Part shown: in pieces, positions 1 through 9,170 of the stretch
Numbering within the stretch: position 1 is the stretch's first letter
Layout of the letters: the number at the start of each line of letters is the position of its first letter
Origin: Nitrospirota bacterium
GTDB lineage: Bacteria > Nitrospirota > UBA9217
Assembly: GCA_963751455.1 (NCBI GenBank)
Contig: CAVVUN010000015.1
Span: 972,304 to 1,036,303 of the forward strand
DNA length: 64,000 bases
Direction: 5' to 3'
Notes under the pieces: generated by a model
The model's database searches: none
What the model was told of the DNA's origin: nothing
What the model saw: only the letters and a program-made list of their open reading frames with translations
Position numbers and translations under genes: made by a program

Positions 1-1
1 C

Positions 2-517
2 AGAAAGTATGTCGATATGCTCGATCTGATAGAAGATAAGGAAAAATTCCTGAACTTCCTCCGGATGGAGAAATGGATCTTTGACAGCCCGGGCCAGGCA
101 GGGGAGTGCCTGAGGCAGTTTATGAAGGATTTATATCAGGGGAACAAGCTCGTCAAAGGCGAATTGAAGCTGGGCGGTCAAACGGTAAACCTTAAAAACA
201 TCACCATGCCGCTGTTGAACATCTATGCCACTGCAGACCACCTCGTCCCGCCCAACGCCACAAAGCCGTTGAATGATCTGGTGGGAAGCACCGATAAATC
301 ACTCTATGAATTCAAAGGCGGCCATATCGGCATCTTTGTAGGGACGAAATCTCAAAAGGAGCTTGCTCCCGCGATAGCGCAGTGGCTTCAGCAGAGATGC
401 GGAAATGGGGCGGTAAAGCCTGAGGGGGCGACAAAGCCTGAGAAAGCGGAAACCCCGCCTTCTGCAGGGACCAGAGCCAAGGAGCCCGGACGCCGGAAAC
501 GCCCCGGGAATGAATGA
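2..517 (+). CDS. phaC: PHA synthase (class III PhaC-like), C-terminal part; 5' end lies outside the window
   Basis: Frame is open to the window edge. C-terminal alpha/beta-hydrolase block NIYATADHLVPP...FKGGHIGIFVG as in PhaC; followed by reductase and thiolase genes. Confidence 0.65.
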   Translation, partial: RKYVDMLDLIEDKEKFLNFLRMEKWIFDSPGQAGECLRQFMKDLYQGNKLVKGELKLGGQTVNLKNITMPLLNIYATADHLVPPNATKPLNDLVGSTDKSLYEFKGGHIGIFVGTKSQKELAPAIAQWLQQRCGNGAVKPEGATKPEKAETPPSAGTRAKEPGRRKRPGNE

Positions 518-545
518 AGCGGGAGGACGAGAGGAAAATATCATT

Positions 546-1289
546 ATGGAATTGACGGGCAAAAAAATCATTGTAACGGGCGGCGCGCGCGGTATGGGAA
601 AGAGGTTCGCCGTGGATTTAAAGGCCCAGGGCGCCAAACCAACCGTTGTGGATGTGGCTCAGGATACACTTGACGCGCTGAAGAATGAAACCGGCATCCC
701 AGGACAGGTTGTCGATGTAAGCAATGAAAAGAGCGTCGAGTCCTTTTTTGAGCAATATACCCGGGAGAACGGCGCTCCGGATGCGTTGATCAACAATGCC
801 GGAATCACGGCTGATTCTCTCTTTATCAAGAAAAAAGGGGACGAGGTTACGAAGTTTCCCTTCCCGAACTGGGAAAGGGTGCTCAATGTCAACCTGACGG
901 GGGTCTTCCTGTGCGCGCGGGAGGCCGCGTTTCATATGGTGAAGAACAGCGTCAAAGGCGTGATCGTGAATATTTCATCGATCAGCCGGGCAGGGAACCT
1001 GGGCCAGACAAACTATTCAGCTGCAAAATCCGCAGTTGACTCGATGACCGTAACCTGGGCGAAAGAACTGGCGAGATACGGCATCCGTGTGGGCGCGATC
1101 GCTCCAGGCTATATCAACACCGAGATGGTTGCCAAGATCAGACCCGAAGTCCTCGAGAAACTCATCCAGAACATTCCGGCAGGGCGGCTCGGCGATATGG
1201 GCGAAATATCTCTTGCCGTTCAGTTCATCATAAAAAATGACTTCTTTACCGGCAGAATTCTGGAAGTGGACGGCGGCATGAGGATCTGA
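546..1289 (+). CDS. Short-chain dehydrogenase/reductase, acetoacetyl-CoA / 3-oxoacyl reductase-like
   Basis: TGGARGMG dinucleotide-binding motif, NNAG, Ser...YSAAK catalytic motif. gggagg RBS-like run ahead of internal ATG 546 (track ORF starts at 510). Confidence 0.8.
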   Translation: MELTGKKIIVTGGARGMGKRFAVDLKAQGAKPTVVDVAQDTLDALKNETGIPGQVVDVSNEKSVESFFEQYTRENGAPDALINNAGITADSLFIKKKGDEVTKFPFPNWERVLNVNLTGVFLCAREAAFHMVKNSVKGVIVNISSISRAGNLGQTNYSAAKSAVDSMTVTWAKELARYGIRVGAIAPGYINTEMVAKIRPEVLEKLIQNIPAGRLGDMGEISLAVQFIIKNDFFTGRILEVDGGMRI

Positions 1290-1432
1290 GCTTAAAAAAG
1301 AATTGCATATTGCAAAGTGTTGGAATGTATTTATGGCTTCCGGCCATACCGCAAATTTACAATTTAAATTTTCAATTTGCAATTAGTGCAGTCAGGCTTC
1401 CTGGCTTGACTCCACTCACTGGGGAGGATGCA

Positions 1433-2614
1433 ATGGAAGCGTATATCGTAGGAGGGACCAGGACAGCCATCGGAAGATACGGCGGCGCCCTCGCCTCCCT
1501 GGATGCCATAGATATAGGGTCGGCGGTGATCAAAGAGGTTTTGAAAAGAACCGGGATCCCGAGAGAAGCAGTTCAGGAAGTGATCATGGGGCAGGTACTC
1601 CAGGCCGGGCTCGGGCAAAACCCGGCCCGCCAGGCAGCTATGCGCGCCGGACTGCCTGAAAACGTGCCGGCCTTCACCGTAAACAAGGTATGCGGCTCCG
1701 GATTGAAGTCTGTTGTGCTCGCGGGTTTAACCATTTCGGCGGGAGAAGAGAACGCTATTATTGCGGGCGGCATGGAGCATATGACAAGCGCGCCTTATGT
1801 GGTAAAGTCCGCACGGTGGGGGCAGCGTCTGGGAAACGCAGAGATGACGGATACGCTCGTAAACGACGCGCTTTGGGATACTTTCTATGAGTGCCATATG
1901 GGAATTACAGCCGAGAACATTGCGACCAAGTACGGCATAAACAGAATCGATCAGGATCAGTTTGCAATGGACTCGCAAAGGAAGACAGAGCAGGCAATCA
2001 AGGAAGGCAAGTTCAAGGATGAGATTGTTCCCCTGAAAGTCAAACCGGAAAAAGGTCCGGACAAGATTTTTGATACGGACGAGCATCCCCGCTTCGGTAC
2101 CACGTGCGAGGCCCTTGGCAAATTGAAGCCGGCGTTCAGGACGGAGGGGACGGTCACCGCGGGCAACGCCTCGGGCATCAACGACGGAGCTGCGGCTGTG
2201 CTGGTTGTTTCCCGGGATAAAATGAAGGAAATGAGCCCTCCCTGGGCTTTTAAATTACGCGCTTGGTCCACAGCCGCAATAGATCCTGCGTTTATGGGTC
2301 TAGGACCCATTGACGCCTGCAAACAGGTCCTTGAACGCGGAAAGCTTGCTGTGAAAGATCTTGATCTGGTCGAGGTCAACGAAGCGTTTGCCGCACAGTC
2401 GATCCAGGTGCACCGGGCGTTGAAATGGGACATGGAAAAGGTGAATGTTCTGGGCGGGGCTATTGCGCTCGGACACCCGGTGGGAGCGAGCGGAACGAGG
2501 ATCCTTGTAACCCTTCTTTATGAAATGGTACGGCGCAATGTAAATCTGGGCCTGGCCTCGCTTTGCATCGGCGGCGGGCAGGGCATTGCCGTGATCGTGG
2601 AGCGGGTCAGGTAA
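1433..2614 (+). CDS. Acetyl-CoA C-acetyltransferase (thiolase II)
   Basis: N-terminus MEAYIVGGTRTAIG, NKVCGSGLKS active-site Cys, GNASGINDGAA, CIGGGQGIA. ATG 1433 is preceded by ggggagga; the track start 1310 reads through an AT-rich palindrome. Confidence 0.9.
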   Translation: MEAYIVGGTRTAIGRYGGALASLDAIDIGSAVIKEVLKRTGIPREAVQEVIMGQVLQAGLGQNPARQAAMRAGLPENVPAFTVNKVCGSGLKSVVLAGLTISAGEENAIIAGGMEHMTSAPYVVKSARWGQRLGNAEMTDTLVNDALWDTFYECHMGITAENIATKYGINRIDQDQFAMDSQRKTEQAIKEGKFKDEIVPLKVKPEKGPDKIFDTDEHPRFGTTCEALGKLKPAFRTEGTVTAGNASGINDGAAAVLVVSRDKMKEMSPPWAFKLRAWSTAAIDPAFMGLGPIDACKQVLERGKLAVKDLDLVEVNEAFAAQSIQVHRALKWDMEKVNVLGGAIALGHPVGASGTRILVTLLYEMVRRNVNLGLASLCIGGGQGIAVIVERVR

Positions 2615-2685
2615 ATAAATTACCGGCTGTTTTCCGCTGTGCCGATCCGTGGTGACGGCTCACGGCATTTGCAATCACAGGATGA

Positions 2686-3192
2686 CTAGTCCGTATCGCA
2701 GGGTGGTATGCGTTCTTTAAGTTTTGAAAGGCGTGCCGCTGTAAGTTCGGATTTCAGCACGAAGTCGGTTTTGGCGTAAGCATCTTTTTTCTTCATGAGC
2801 AGCCATTCCTTCCCGGTGCCTTTCGGCAGGCCCTTCATCTGGGCAAGCGCGAATGCTCCTTTCAGTTTTTCCCCCTTGAGCTCGAAAACGAGCTTCCCTG
2901 CTGCAAGCCCCAATACCGGGTCCTGCCCCTCGAGGGGGAGGTACTCTCCGCTATCCCAGATTACGACCGGGCCTGCGCCGTACGATCCTTCGGGGATGAC
3001 GCCTTCGAAGTCTCTATATTCCACTGGATGGTCGGGCACCATGACAGCAAGCCGCTTGTCAGCCGGGTTCAGGGATGGGCCCTTCGGTACGGCCCATGAT
3101 TTAAGAACCCCTTCCATTTCCAGCCGGAAATCATAATGAAGTCTCGAGGCCTTGTGCTCATGTACAACAAAACGCAAATTTCTGGAATTCAC
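2686..3192 (-). CDS. Stand-alone LigD-type 3'-phosphoesterase (PE) domain protein
   Basis: [18 protein letters not shown]...WAVPKGPS block typical of the LigD PE module. GTG 3192 with aggaagga RBS preferred over the TTG at 3237. Confidence 0.7.
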   Translation of the reverse strand: MNSRNLRFVVHEHKASRLHYDFRLEMEGVLKSWAVPKGPSLNPADKRLAVMVPDHPVEYRDFEGVIPEGSYGAGPVVIWDSGEYLPLEGQDPVLGLAAGKLVFELKGEKLKGAFALAQMKGLPKGTGKEWLLMKKKDAYAKTDFVLKSELTAARLSKLKERIPPCDTD

Positions 3193-3218
3193 TGTTATTT
3201 TGTCCTTCCTGAAAATTC

Positions 3219-3245
3219 TTGACAAAGGTTTTGGCAATCTATAAT
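3219..3245 (+). promoter_or_regulatory. Candidate sigma70-type promoter upstream of cysS
   Basis: TTGACA (3219-3224) and TATAAT (3240-3245), but the spacer is only 15 nt. Confidence 0.3.
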
Positions 3246-3333
3246 ATTCTTAGTTCATTCGGAACATTTTCTGTCTGAACCAATTATACTAATACTATAG
3301 CTTAAGTATACTCGAGATGAGGATGCGGGGTCT

Positions 3334-4809
3334 ATGATCAAACTGTACAACACACTCTCCGGAAAAAAAGAAGAATTCATACCGATCACCGAAGGTAAGG
3401 TGATGATGTACGCGTGCGGCGTAACCGTATACGATTACTCACATCTTGGCCACGCTCGGGGTGCGGTCGTCTTCGACCTCATACAGCGGTATTTCAGGCG
3501 CAAGGGGTTCGACGTCAAGTACGTCCGTAACTTCACCGATATCGACGACAAGATCATCAAGCGGGCCAAAGAGGAAGGCATTTCAGCCGCTGACGTCGCA
3601 CATAAATATATCGAAGCGTACCAGGAGGACATGAAGCGGCTTGGCGTCGGCAGGGCTGATGTGGAACCCAAGGCAACAGAACATATCAAAGAAATGATCG
3701 ATGTTGTCAGCGGCCTGATAAAAAAAGGACAAGCGTATGCACTGGAAGGCGATGTTTATTTCTCTGTGAGCAGCTTTAAGGATTATGGAAAGCTGTCAAA
3801 ACGGAACATCGATGACCTGAAGGCCGGCGCTCGGGTCGAGGTCGATGAACGAAAGACCGACCCGCTCGACTTCGCATTATGGAAGGCTTCCAAGCCGGGA
3901 GAGCCCGCATGGGACAGCCCTTGGGGACCGGGCAGACCGGGCTGGCACATCGAATGCTCGGCGATGGGGTTCAAGCATCTTGGAGAGACCTTCGATATTC
4001 ATGCGGGGGGCAAAGATCTGATTTTCCCGCACCACGAGAACGAGATCGCGCAGAGCGAAGCCTATTCGGGCAAAAAGTTCGTCAATTACTGGATACACAA
4101 CGGGTTCGTAAACATTAACGAGGAAAAGATGTCGAAGTCCCTCGGAAACTTCTTTACCATCCGCGATATCCTCGACCAGTATGACCCTGAAGTCGTCCGT
4201 ATGTTTCTTCTGTCGACGCATTACCGCAGCCCGATAGACTTCTCGGACGCCAACCTGAAAGACGCGCGCGCAGGACTTGATCGCTTCTATACAATGAAAG
4301 AAGCCATCAATAAAATTCTGGAGGGAAAGACGGCGCCGACGAGCAAACCTGAAGAGCTCATTGAAACGACTGACCGGCCGCTTTACCAGAAGATCATGGA
4401 TCTTTCGAAGACGTTCGAAGAGGCTATGGACGACGACTTCAACACTGCTTTTGCGATCGGTCTCATCTTTGACGTTGTCCGCGATACCAACAAATTTCTG
4501 GCAGAGGCGGATAAAAAGAACGAGAAAGCGGTATTTTCGATTCTCTCCGCTGCGGCTGGATCCTTTGAAGATGTGAGCAAAACGCTCGGGATTTTCCTCC
4601 GTCAGCCTGACGAGTGGTTCAAACAGAGCAGGCTTGCGGACAACAAAGTCACGATCCCTGTTGAACAAATCGAGCAGCTGATACGTGAGCGGAATGAGGC
4701 ACGTGCCCGCAAGGCATGGGCCGAGGCTGACCGGGTCCGTAAAGTTCTGGATGATGCCGGCGTTGCGCTGTATGACAGGGCTGACGGAACGGTCTGGAAA
4801 CCGAAGTGA
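3334..4809 (+). CDS. cysS: Cysteine--tRNA ligase
   Basis: 491 aa. Class I HIGH-type motif (YDYSHLGHARG), KMSKS motif, CysRS-like blocks throughout. Confidence 0.95.
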   Translation: MIKLYNTLSGKKEEFIPITEGKVMMYACGVTVYDYSHLGHARGAVVFDLIQRYFRRKGFDVKYVRNFTDIDDKIIKRAKEEGISAADVAHKYIEAYQEDMKRLGVGRADVEPKATEHIKEMIDVVSGLIKKGQAYALEGDVYFSVSSFKDYGKLSKRNIDDLKAGARVEVDERKTDPLDFALWKASKPGEPAWDSPWGPGRPGWHIECSAMGFKHLGETFDIHAGGKDLIFPHHENEIAQSEAYSGKKFVNYWIHNGFVNINEEKMSKSLGNFFTIRDILDQYDPEVVRMFLLSTHYRSPIDFSDANLKDARAGLDRFYTMKEAINKILEGKTAPTSKPEELIETTDRPLYQKIMDLSKTFEEAMDDDFNTAFAIGLIFDVVRDTNKFLAEADKKNEKAVFSILSAAAGSFEDVSKTLGIFLRQPDEWFKQSRLADNKVTIPVEQIEQLIRERNEARARKAWAEADRVRKVLDDAGVALYDRADGTVWKPK

Positions 4810-4837
4810 AGCGGTCTTCGACCGTGGCCATTTTATT

Positions 4838-5100
4838 TGAATCAAAACATAAAACCGTTTTTCTCGCAAAGGCGCAAAGTTCGCTAAGAAGGCACCAGCA
4901 TTTGATATTGTTTCATTCAAAACCAGAAGCTTTTTATTTTCTTCGTGTCTTCGCCTGTGGCCGGCGCCTTGAGTGCGTAGCGCGAATATAGGCCATGGCT
5001 TCGTGTAAGACCGCTTTTTGACTTTACATTCATTAAGACTTAAAGTTTTTCTTTGCGACCTTTGCGCCTTTGCGCGAGACTGCTTTTGCTTTTGAATTGC
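4838..5100. repeat. Imperfect inverted-repeat element in the cysS-rlmB spacer
   Basis: ctcgcaaaggcgcaaag (4863-4879) is the reverse complement of ctttgcgcctttgcg(cg)ag (5060-5078). Weaker complementarity extends outward on both sides; about 180 nt lies between the arms. Confidence 0.45.
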
Positions 5101-5141
5101 TTCATCCGATCTGACCGTTGTTCCCTTAACTTATCGACCAC

Positions 5142-5885
5142 ATGCGAAGAGACAAAATATTCGGCATTAACCCTGTGCTGGAAGCGCTTAAATCCGGCAG
5201 GGCAATCCAACGCGTGCTGATCGCCGAGCAGCGGAAAATCGACCGTGATACCGCCGATCTGATCCGGATGGCGAAGAATGCCGGCATAGAAGTAAGAATG
5301 GCAAGCCGGGAGGTTCTGGACCGGGAGTCACAGCGGGGTGTTCATCAAGGTGTTATCGCTCTTACCGCTGCCCACGAATACTCTTCGCTCGACGATGTTT
5401 TACAGATACCGAAGGAACGGCAGCAGGTTCCTCTTTTCCTTATCCTGGACGGAGTGGAGGATCCGAGAAACCTGGGCGCGATCCTGAGGACATGCGAGAC
5501 GGCCGGTGTTCACGGTGTAATAATTCCTGAGCGAAGGGCTGCTGGTCTCACCGAGACGGTAGGGAAAACCGCGGCAGGAGCCCTCGAATACGTGCCGGTT
5601 GCCAAGGTTGTGAATATCACACAATCGATCGATCAACTCAAGGAAGCCGGCATATGGGTAGCTGCCGCCGAGGCGGGCGGAGAAACAGAATACTGGGATG
5701 CCGATTTTGTCCGGCCGACGGCCCTCGTCCTGGGAGGCGAGGACAAGGGTATTCGCAGGCTGGTCGGAGAACATTGCGATTATTCAGTGTCGCTGCCGCT
5801 TATGGGACATATTAATTCTCTTAATGTATCAGTTGCTGCCGGTGTGCTGCTGTATGAGGTATTGCGACAACGCCGAACCAAATAG
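5142..5885 (+). CDS. rlmB: 23S rRNA (guanosine-2'-O)-methyltransferase, SpoU/TrmH group 3 (RlmB-like)
   Basis: 247 aa. N-terminal substrate-binding region plus SpoU methylase blocks (LDGVEDPRNLGAILRT, LVLGGEDKGI, SLNVSVAAGVLLYE). Confidence 0.85.
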   Translation: MRRDKIFGINPVLEALKSGRAIQRVLIAEQRKIDRDTADLIRMAKNAGIEVRMASREVLDRESQRGVHQGVIALTAAHEYSSLDDVLQIPKERQQVPLFLILDGVEDPRNLGAILRTCETAGVHGVIIPERRAAGLTETVGKTAAGALEYVPVAKVVNITQSIDQLKEAGIWVAAAEAGGETEYWDADFVRPTALVLGGEDKGIRRLVGEHCDYSVSLPLMGHINSLNVSVAAGVLLYEVLRQRRTK

Positions 5886-5998
5886 CCCTAAAATGGTTCT
5901 CTTTTTCGTTTTTCCTCATTCCTCAGAAAATATTTCGGCCTCAACGACCCGCCAAAACAAACTTAAGTATCGATTATCGGCTTTGATAATATTTTTAC

Positions 5999-6028
5999 TT
6001 GACAAAATCAGTTACAATATCTTATAAT
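5999..6028 (+). promoter_or_regulatory. Candidate sigma70 promoter for the tRNA-tuf operon
   Basis: TTGACA (5999-6004), 18-nt spacer, TATAAT (6023-6028), AT-rich upstream tract. Lies about 100 nt before the first tRNA. Confidence 0.5.
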
Positions 6029-6125
6029 AACAGTTCTTTGGGCGGGACTTAGTTATTTCCCTTATCATTTTTTTAAACCAGTCTTTCCACGCGGCGCAGG
6101 GGCGTGGTATGGCCCCAAGGGTTCT

Positions 6126-6201
6126 GCCACCGTAACTCAGCTGGTAGAGTAGCTGATTTGTAATCAGCCTGTCGGGGGTTCGAGTCCCTTCGGTGGCTCC
6201 A
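6126..6201 (+). tRNA. tRNA-Thr (anticodon UGU), CCA encoded
   Basis: Acceptor gccaccg/cggtggc, anticodon arm gctga-ttTGTaa-tcagc, TTCGAGT T-loop. First member of the classical thrU-tyrU-glyT-thrT-tufB arrangement. Confidence 0.9.
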
Positions 6202-6247
6202 CTTTACTGACTTCGTAGCTCGCTATCGGAAATTTGTTGTTGCGTTC

Positions 6248-6333
6248 GGGGAGGTGCCCGAGTGGCCAAAGGGAACAGACTGTAAATCTGTCGGCGTCAG
6301 CCTACGGAGGTTCGAAACCTCCCCTCCCCACCA
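6248..6333 (+). tRNA. tRNA-Tyr (anticodon GUA), long variable arm, CCA encoded
   Basis: Acceptor ggggagg/cctcccc, anticodon loop ctGTAaa, long extra arm, T-arm ggagg-ttcgaaa-cctcc. Confidence 0.9.
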
Positions 6334-6472
6334 CTTTTAGTAATACTTGATCGGGGACCTGTGGAATCCGATCTTGAGTCAGTTTCTGTAAGTCGCAGCC
6401 CGAGGTCATTCGACAAGACTTCGGGCGTGAGCCGAGTCGCTCATGATGGTGAGCGAAGTCGAACCATCGAAT

Positions 6473-6549
6473 GCGGGAATAGCTCAGCTGGCTAGAGCGC
6501 AAGCCTTCCAAGCTTGGGGTCGCGGGTTCGAATCCCGTTTCCCGCTCCA
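6473..6549 (+). tRNA. tRNA-Gly (anticodon UCC), CCA encoded
   Basis: Acceptor gcgggaa/ttcccgc, anticodon arm caagc-ctTCCaa-gcttg, TTCGAAT T-loop. Confidence 0.9.
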
Positions 6550-6560
6550 TTTCCAAGACC

Positions 6561-6636
6561 GCCCATGTAGCTCAGTTGGTAGAGCACATCCTTGGTAAGG
6601 ATGAGGTCAGCGGTTCAATCCCGCTCATGGGCTCCA
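6561..6636 (+). tRNA. tRNA-Thr (anticodon GGU), CCA encoded
   Basis: Acceptor gcccatg/catgggc, anticodon arm catcc-ttGGTaa-ggatg, TTCAATC T-loop. Confidence 0.9.
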
Positions 6637-6676
6637 TTGAACCAAACAGGTTTGAGATTTTGAGTATATTACCTTC

Positions 6677-7981
6677 ACTTCCCGACAGGAGGGGATAGCA
6701 TGGCAAAGGCAAAATTTGAGAGGACAAAACCTCATGTGAACGTGGGCACGATCGGCCACGTGGACCACGGCAAAACGACGTTGACGGCAGCCATTACGAA
6801 GGTGCTGTCGCTCAAGAACTTTGCGAGCTTCGTGGCCTACGACCAGATCGACAAGGCTCCGGAAGAACGGGAGCGCGGCATCACGATCGCGACTGCGCAT
6901 GTTGAATACCAGACCGACAACCGCCATTACGCGCACGTCGACTGCCCCGGCCATGCCGACTACGTCAAGAACATGATCACGGGCGCCGCCCAGATGGACG
7001 GAGCGATTCTCGTTGTGTCCGCCGCGGACGGCCCCATGCCCCAGACCCGCGAGCATATCCTTCTTGCGCGCCAGGTCGGTGTGCCCTATATCGTCGTGTA
7101 CATGAACAAGGTGGACATGGTAGATGACCCTGAGCTGATCGAGCTGGTGGAGCTTGAGATCCGGGAGCTTCTGTCCAAGTACCAGTTCCCCGGGGACAAG
7201 ACCCCGATCGTCAAGGGCAGCGCGTTAAAGGCCCTCCAGAGCGACAGCAAGGACATAAACGCCCCCGAGTTCAAGAGCATCATGGAGCTTATGGCCGCTG
7301 TGGACAGCTACATTCCGCAGCCCAAGCGCGACATCGACAAGCCCTATCTTATGCCGCTCGAAGACGTGTTTTCCATTGCGGGCCGCGGAACCGTGGTGAC
7401 CGGCAGGATCGAGCGCGGTATCGTGAAGGTAGGCGATGAAATCGAGATTGTCGGAATCAAGCCCACGCAGAAGACGGTGGTCACGGGCGTTGAGATGTTC
7501 CGGAAGCTTCTGGATGCGGGCGAAGCCGGAGACAACGTTGGAGTTCTTCTGCGCGGCATCAAGAAAGAGGACGTGGAGCGCGGCATGGTTTTGGCAAAGC
7601 CGGGAAGCATCACCCCTCATACCAAGTTCAAGGCCGAGGCCTACGTGCTTACGAAAGAAGAGGGCGGCCGGCACACTCCGTTCTTCAAAGGATACCGTCC
7701 CCAGTTCTATTTCCGTACGACGGACGTGACGGGCGTGGTAACGCTTGCTGAAGGCGTCGAGATGGTGATGCCGGGCGACAACATGACCTGCAGTGTGGAG
7801 TTGATCACCCCGATCGCCATGGACCAGGGGCTCCGGTTCGCCATCCGCGAGGGCGGCAGGACGGTGGGAGCAGGGGTTATTACGCAGGTTATTGAGTAAG
7901 AACTAAAGACGAGGGATGAGGGACGAAGGACGAACTTGAAGTATGCGTCCATCGTCCGAGCGAACGCAATGAGCGGTCGTC
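6677..7981 (+). repeat. Copy 1 of a ~1.3-kb direct repeat (tuf plus 23 nt upstream and ~80 nt downstream)
   Basis: Aligns base for base with 23426-24742, apart from 4 synonymous substitutions and one indel block in the 3' flank. Confidence 0.9.
6700..7899 (+). CDS. tuf: Elongation factor Tu (copy 1, tufB-like position after tRNAs)
   Basis: 399 aa. [18 protein letters not shown] GTPase motifs. Protein identical to the copy at 23449. Confidence 0.98.
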   Translation: MAKAKFERTKPHVNVGTIGHVDHGKTTLTAAITKVLSLKNFASFVAYDQIDKAPEERERGITIATAHVEYQTDNRHYAHVDCPGHADYVKNMITGAAQMDGAILVVSAADGPMPQTREHILLARQVGVPYIVVYMNKVDMVDDPELIELVELEIRELLSKYQFPGDKTPIVKGSALKALQSDSKDINAPEFKSIMELMAAVDSYIPQPKRDIDKPYLMPLEDVFSIAGRGTVVTGRIERGIVKVGDEIEIVGIKPTQKTVVTGVEMFRKLLDAGEAGDNVGVLLRGIKKEDVERGMVLAKPGSITPHTKFKAEAYVLTKEEGGRHTPFFKGYRPQFYFRTTDVTGVVTLAEGVEMVMPGDNMTCSVELITPIAMDQGLRFAIREGGRTVGAGVITQVIE

Positions 7982-8022
7982 TATCGTTCATCGAGAATTT
8001 AAATTAAAGAGGGGTTATTGAA

Positions 8023-8175
8023 ATGCGCGAAATTGTATTGCTCGCATGCGGTGACTGCAAGCGTAAAAATTATTCAACAACCAAGAACAAACGAAACACG
8101 CCCGATAAGCTGAATATGGACAAGTATTGCAAGTTCTGTCGCAAACATACCGTGCACAAAGAGACCAAAGCGTAA
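8023..8175 (+). CDS. rpmG: 50S ribosomal protein L33 (Cys4 zinc-ribbon form); below the ORF-track size cut-off
   Basis: Own translation: [53 protein letters not shown] aaagagggg; canonical position before tRNA-Trp/secE. Confidence 0.9.
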   Translation: MREIVLLACGDCKRKNYSTTKNKRNTPDKLNMDKYCKFCRKHTVHKETKA

Positions 8176-8211
8176 CCTGCAGCACACAGACGCATGGAAG
8201 GTAGGGGACAC

Positions 8212-8287
8212 AGGCCAGTAGCTCTAATGGTAGAGCTCCGGACTCCAAATCCGGCTGCTGGGGGTTCGAGTCCCTCCTGGCCTGCCA
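8212..8287 (+). tRNA. tRNA-Trp (anticodon CCA), CCA end encoded
   Basis: Acceptor aggccag/ctggcct, anticodon arm ccgga-ctCCAaa-tccgg, TTCGAGT T-loop. Confidence 0.9.
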
Positions 8288-8320
8288 TTTTCCCTCATTG
8301 TGCGGAGAGAGGTTTTTCGA

Positions 8321-8506
8321 ATGTTCAAAAGGATCTCGGAGTTTTTCCAAGAAGTAAAGCTGGAACTCAAGAAGGTTGTGTTTCCGACGAAAAAGGAGGT
8401 TATAGGTTCTACCTGGGTAGTGATCATTACGGTGCTCATTTCCGCCTTTTTTCTGGGTTTGGTAGATATGGGGTTGGGAAAATTGATGACCCTTGCCTTT
8501 AAGTAG
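8321..8506 (+). CDS. secE: Preprotein translocase subunit SecE
   Basis: MFKRISEFFQEVKLELKKVVFPTKKEV plus a single C-terminal TM helix. ggagagagg RBS before ATG 8321 (track start 8300 is a GTG). Confidence 0.85.
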   Translation: MFKRISEFFQEVKLELKKVVFPTKKEVIGSTWVVIITVLISAFFLGLVDMGLGKLMTLAFK

Positions 8507-8514
8507 AGATTATT

Positions 8515-9060
8515 ATGGCGATGAACTGGTATGTGGTCCATACGTATGCGGGATTTGAGAACAAGGTAAAGATCAGCATTTTGGAGACTGTCTCCAAGCT
8601 GGGTCTGAAGGACAAAATCGGCCAGATCCTTGTTCCCACGGAAGAGGTTCTTTCCATCAAAGCGGGAAAAAAAAGGAAGTCACAGAGGAAATTTTTCCCG
8701 GGTTATATTCTCGTAGAGATGGAAATGGACGACAATACGTGGCATATTGTCAAAGATACTCCAAAAGTTACAGGTTTTGTCGGCGGAAGCACGAACCCGA
8801 CGCCGTTGAGCGACGACGAAGTAAAAAATATCCTTAAACAGGCCGAGGAAGGCGCCGTAGCGCAGGTGCAGCCCAAACATGCCTATCAAAAGGGAGACCG
8901 GGTCAGGGTAATCGATGGACCATTCAGCAGTTTTATCGGGACGGTAGAAGACGTAAACCCTGCGCACGGCAGGCTGCGGGTCATGGTCAGTATTTTCGGA
9001 CGGTCTACCCCTGTAGAACTGGAGTTTCTGCAGGTTGAGCGGGAGAAGGAAACGAAGTAG
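8515..9060 (+). CDS. nusG: Transcription termination/antitermination factor NusG
   Basis: 181 aa. NGN domain (WYVVHTYAGFENKV) and C-terminal KOW (GDRVRVIDGPF). Confidence 0.95.
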   Translation: MAMNWYVVHTYAGFENKVKISILETVSKLGLKDKIGQILVPTEEVLSIKAGKKRKSQRKFFPGYILVEMEMDDNTWHIVKDTPKVTGFVGGSTNPTPLSDDEVKNILKQAEEGAVAQVQPKHAYQKGDRVRVIDGPFSSFIGTVEDVNPAHGRLRVMVSIFGRSTPVELEFLQVEREKETK

Positions 9061-9170
9061 CAATTCATAAAAGCATTGCCACGGAGCCGAGAGAGATTTA
9101 CTATAGAAGAAGTTGCGGCGCTGTGGCTGTAATCATATTTTCAAAACATAAATCAGTCAGGAGTTTATAG

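Noticed and set aside
1310-1432. 41-codon upstream extension of the thiolase ORF
   Set aside because: It reads through an AT-rich palindromic repeat (NLNFQFAI...). Thiolase homology and a good RBS start at ATG 1433.
3877-4920. 347-aa ORF on the minus strand covering most of cysS
   Set aside because: Antisense shadow of a well-supported gene. Arg/Ser/Pro-rich low-complexity translation, no RBS, no recognisable domain.
6302-6556. 84-aa minus-strand ORF across tRNA-Tyr/tRNA-Gly, and the 8015-8350 minus ORF across rpmG/tRNA-Trp
   Set aside because: They overlap confidently folded tRNA genes and a ribosomal protein gene; there is no independent coding evidence.
9061-9170. L11-operon leader as an L1-binding regulatory structure (and the ggtcacgc-ctcg-gcgtgacc hairpin at 9659-9678 before rplA)
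   Set aside because: Hairpins are present. However, I cannot demonstrate mimicry of the 23S L1 site by eye, so I made no feature call.
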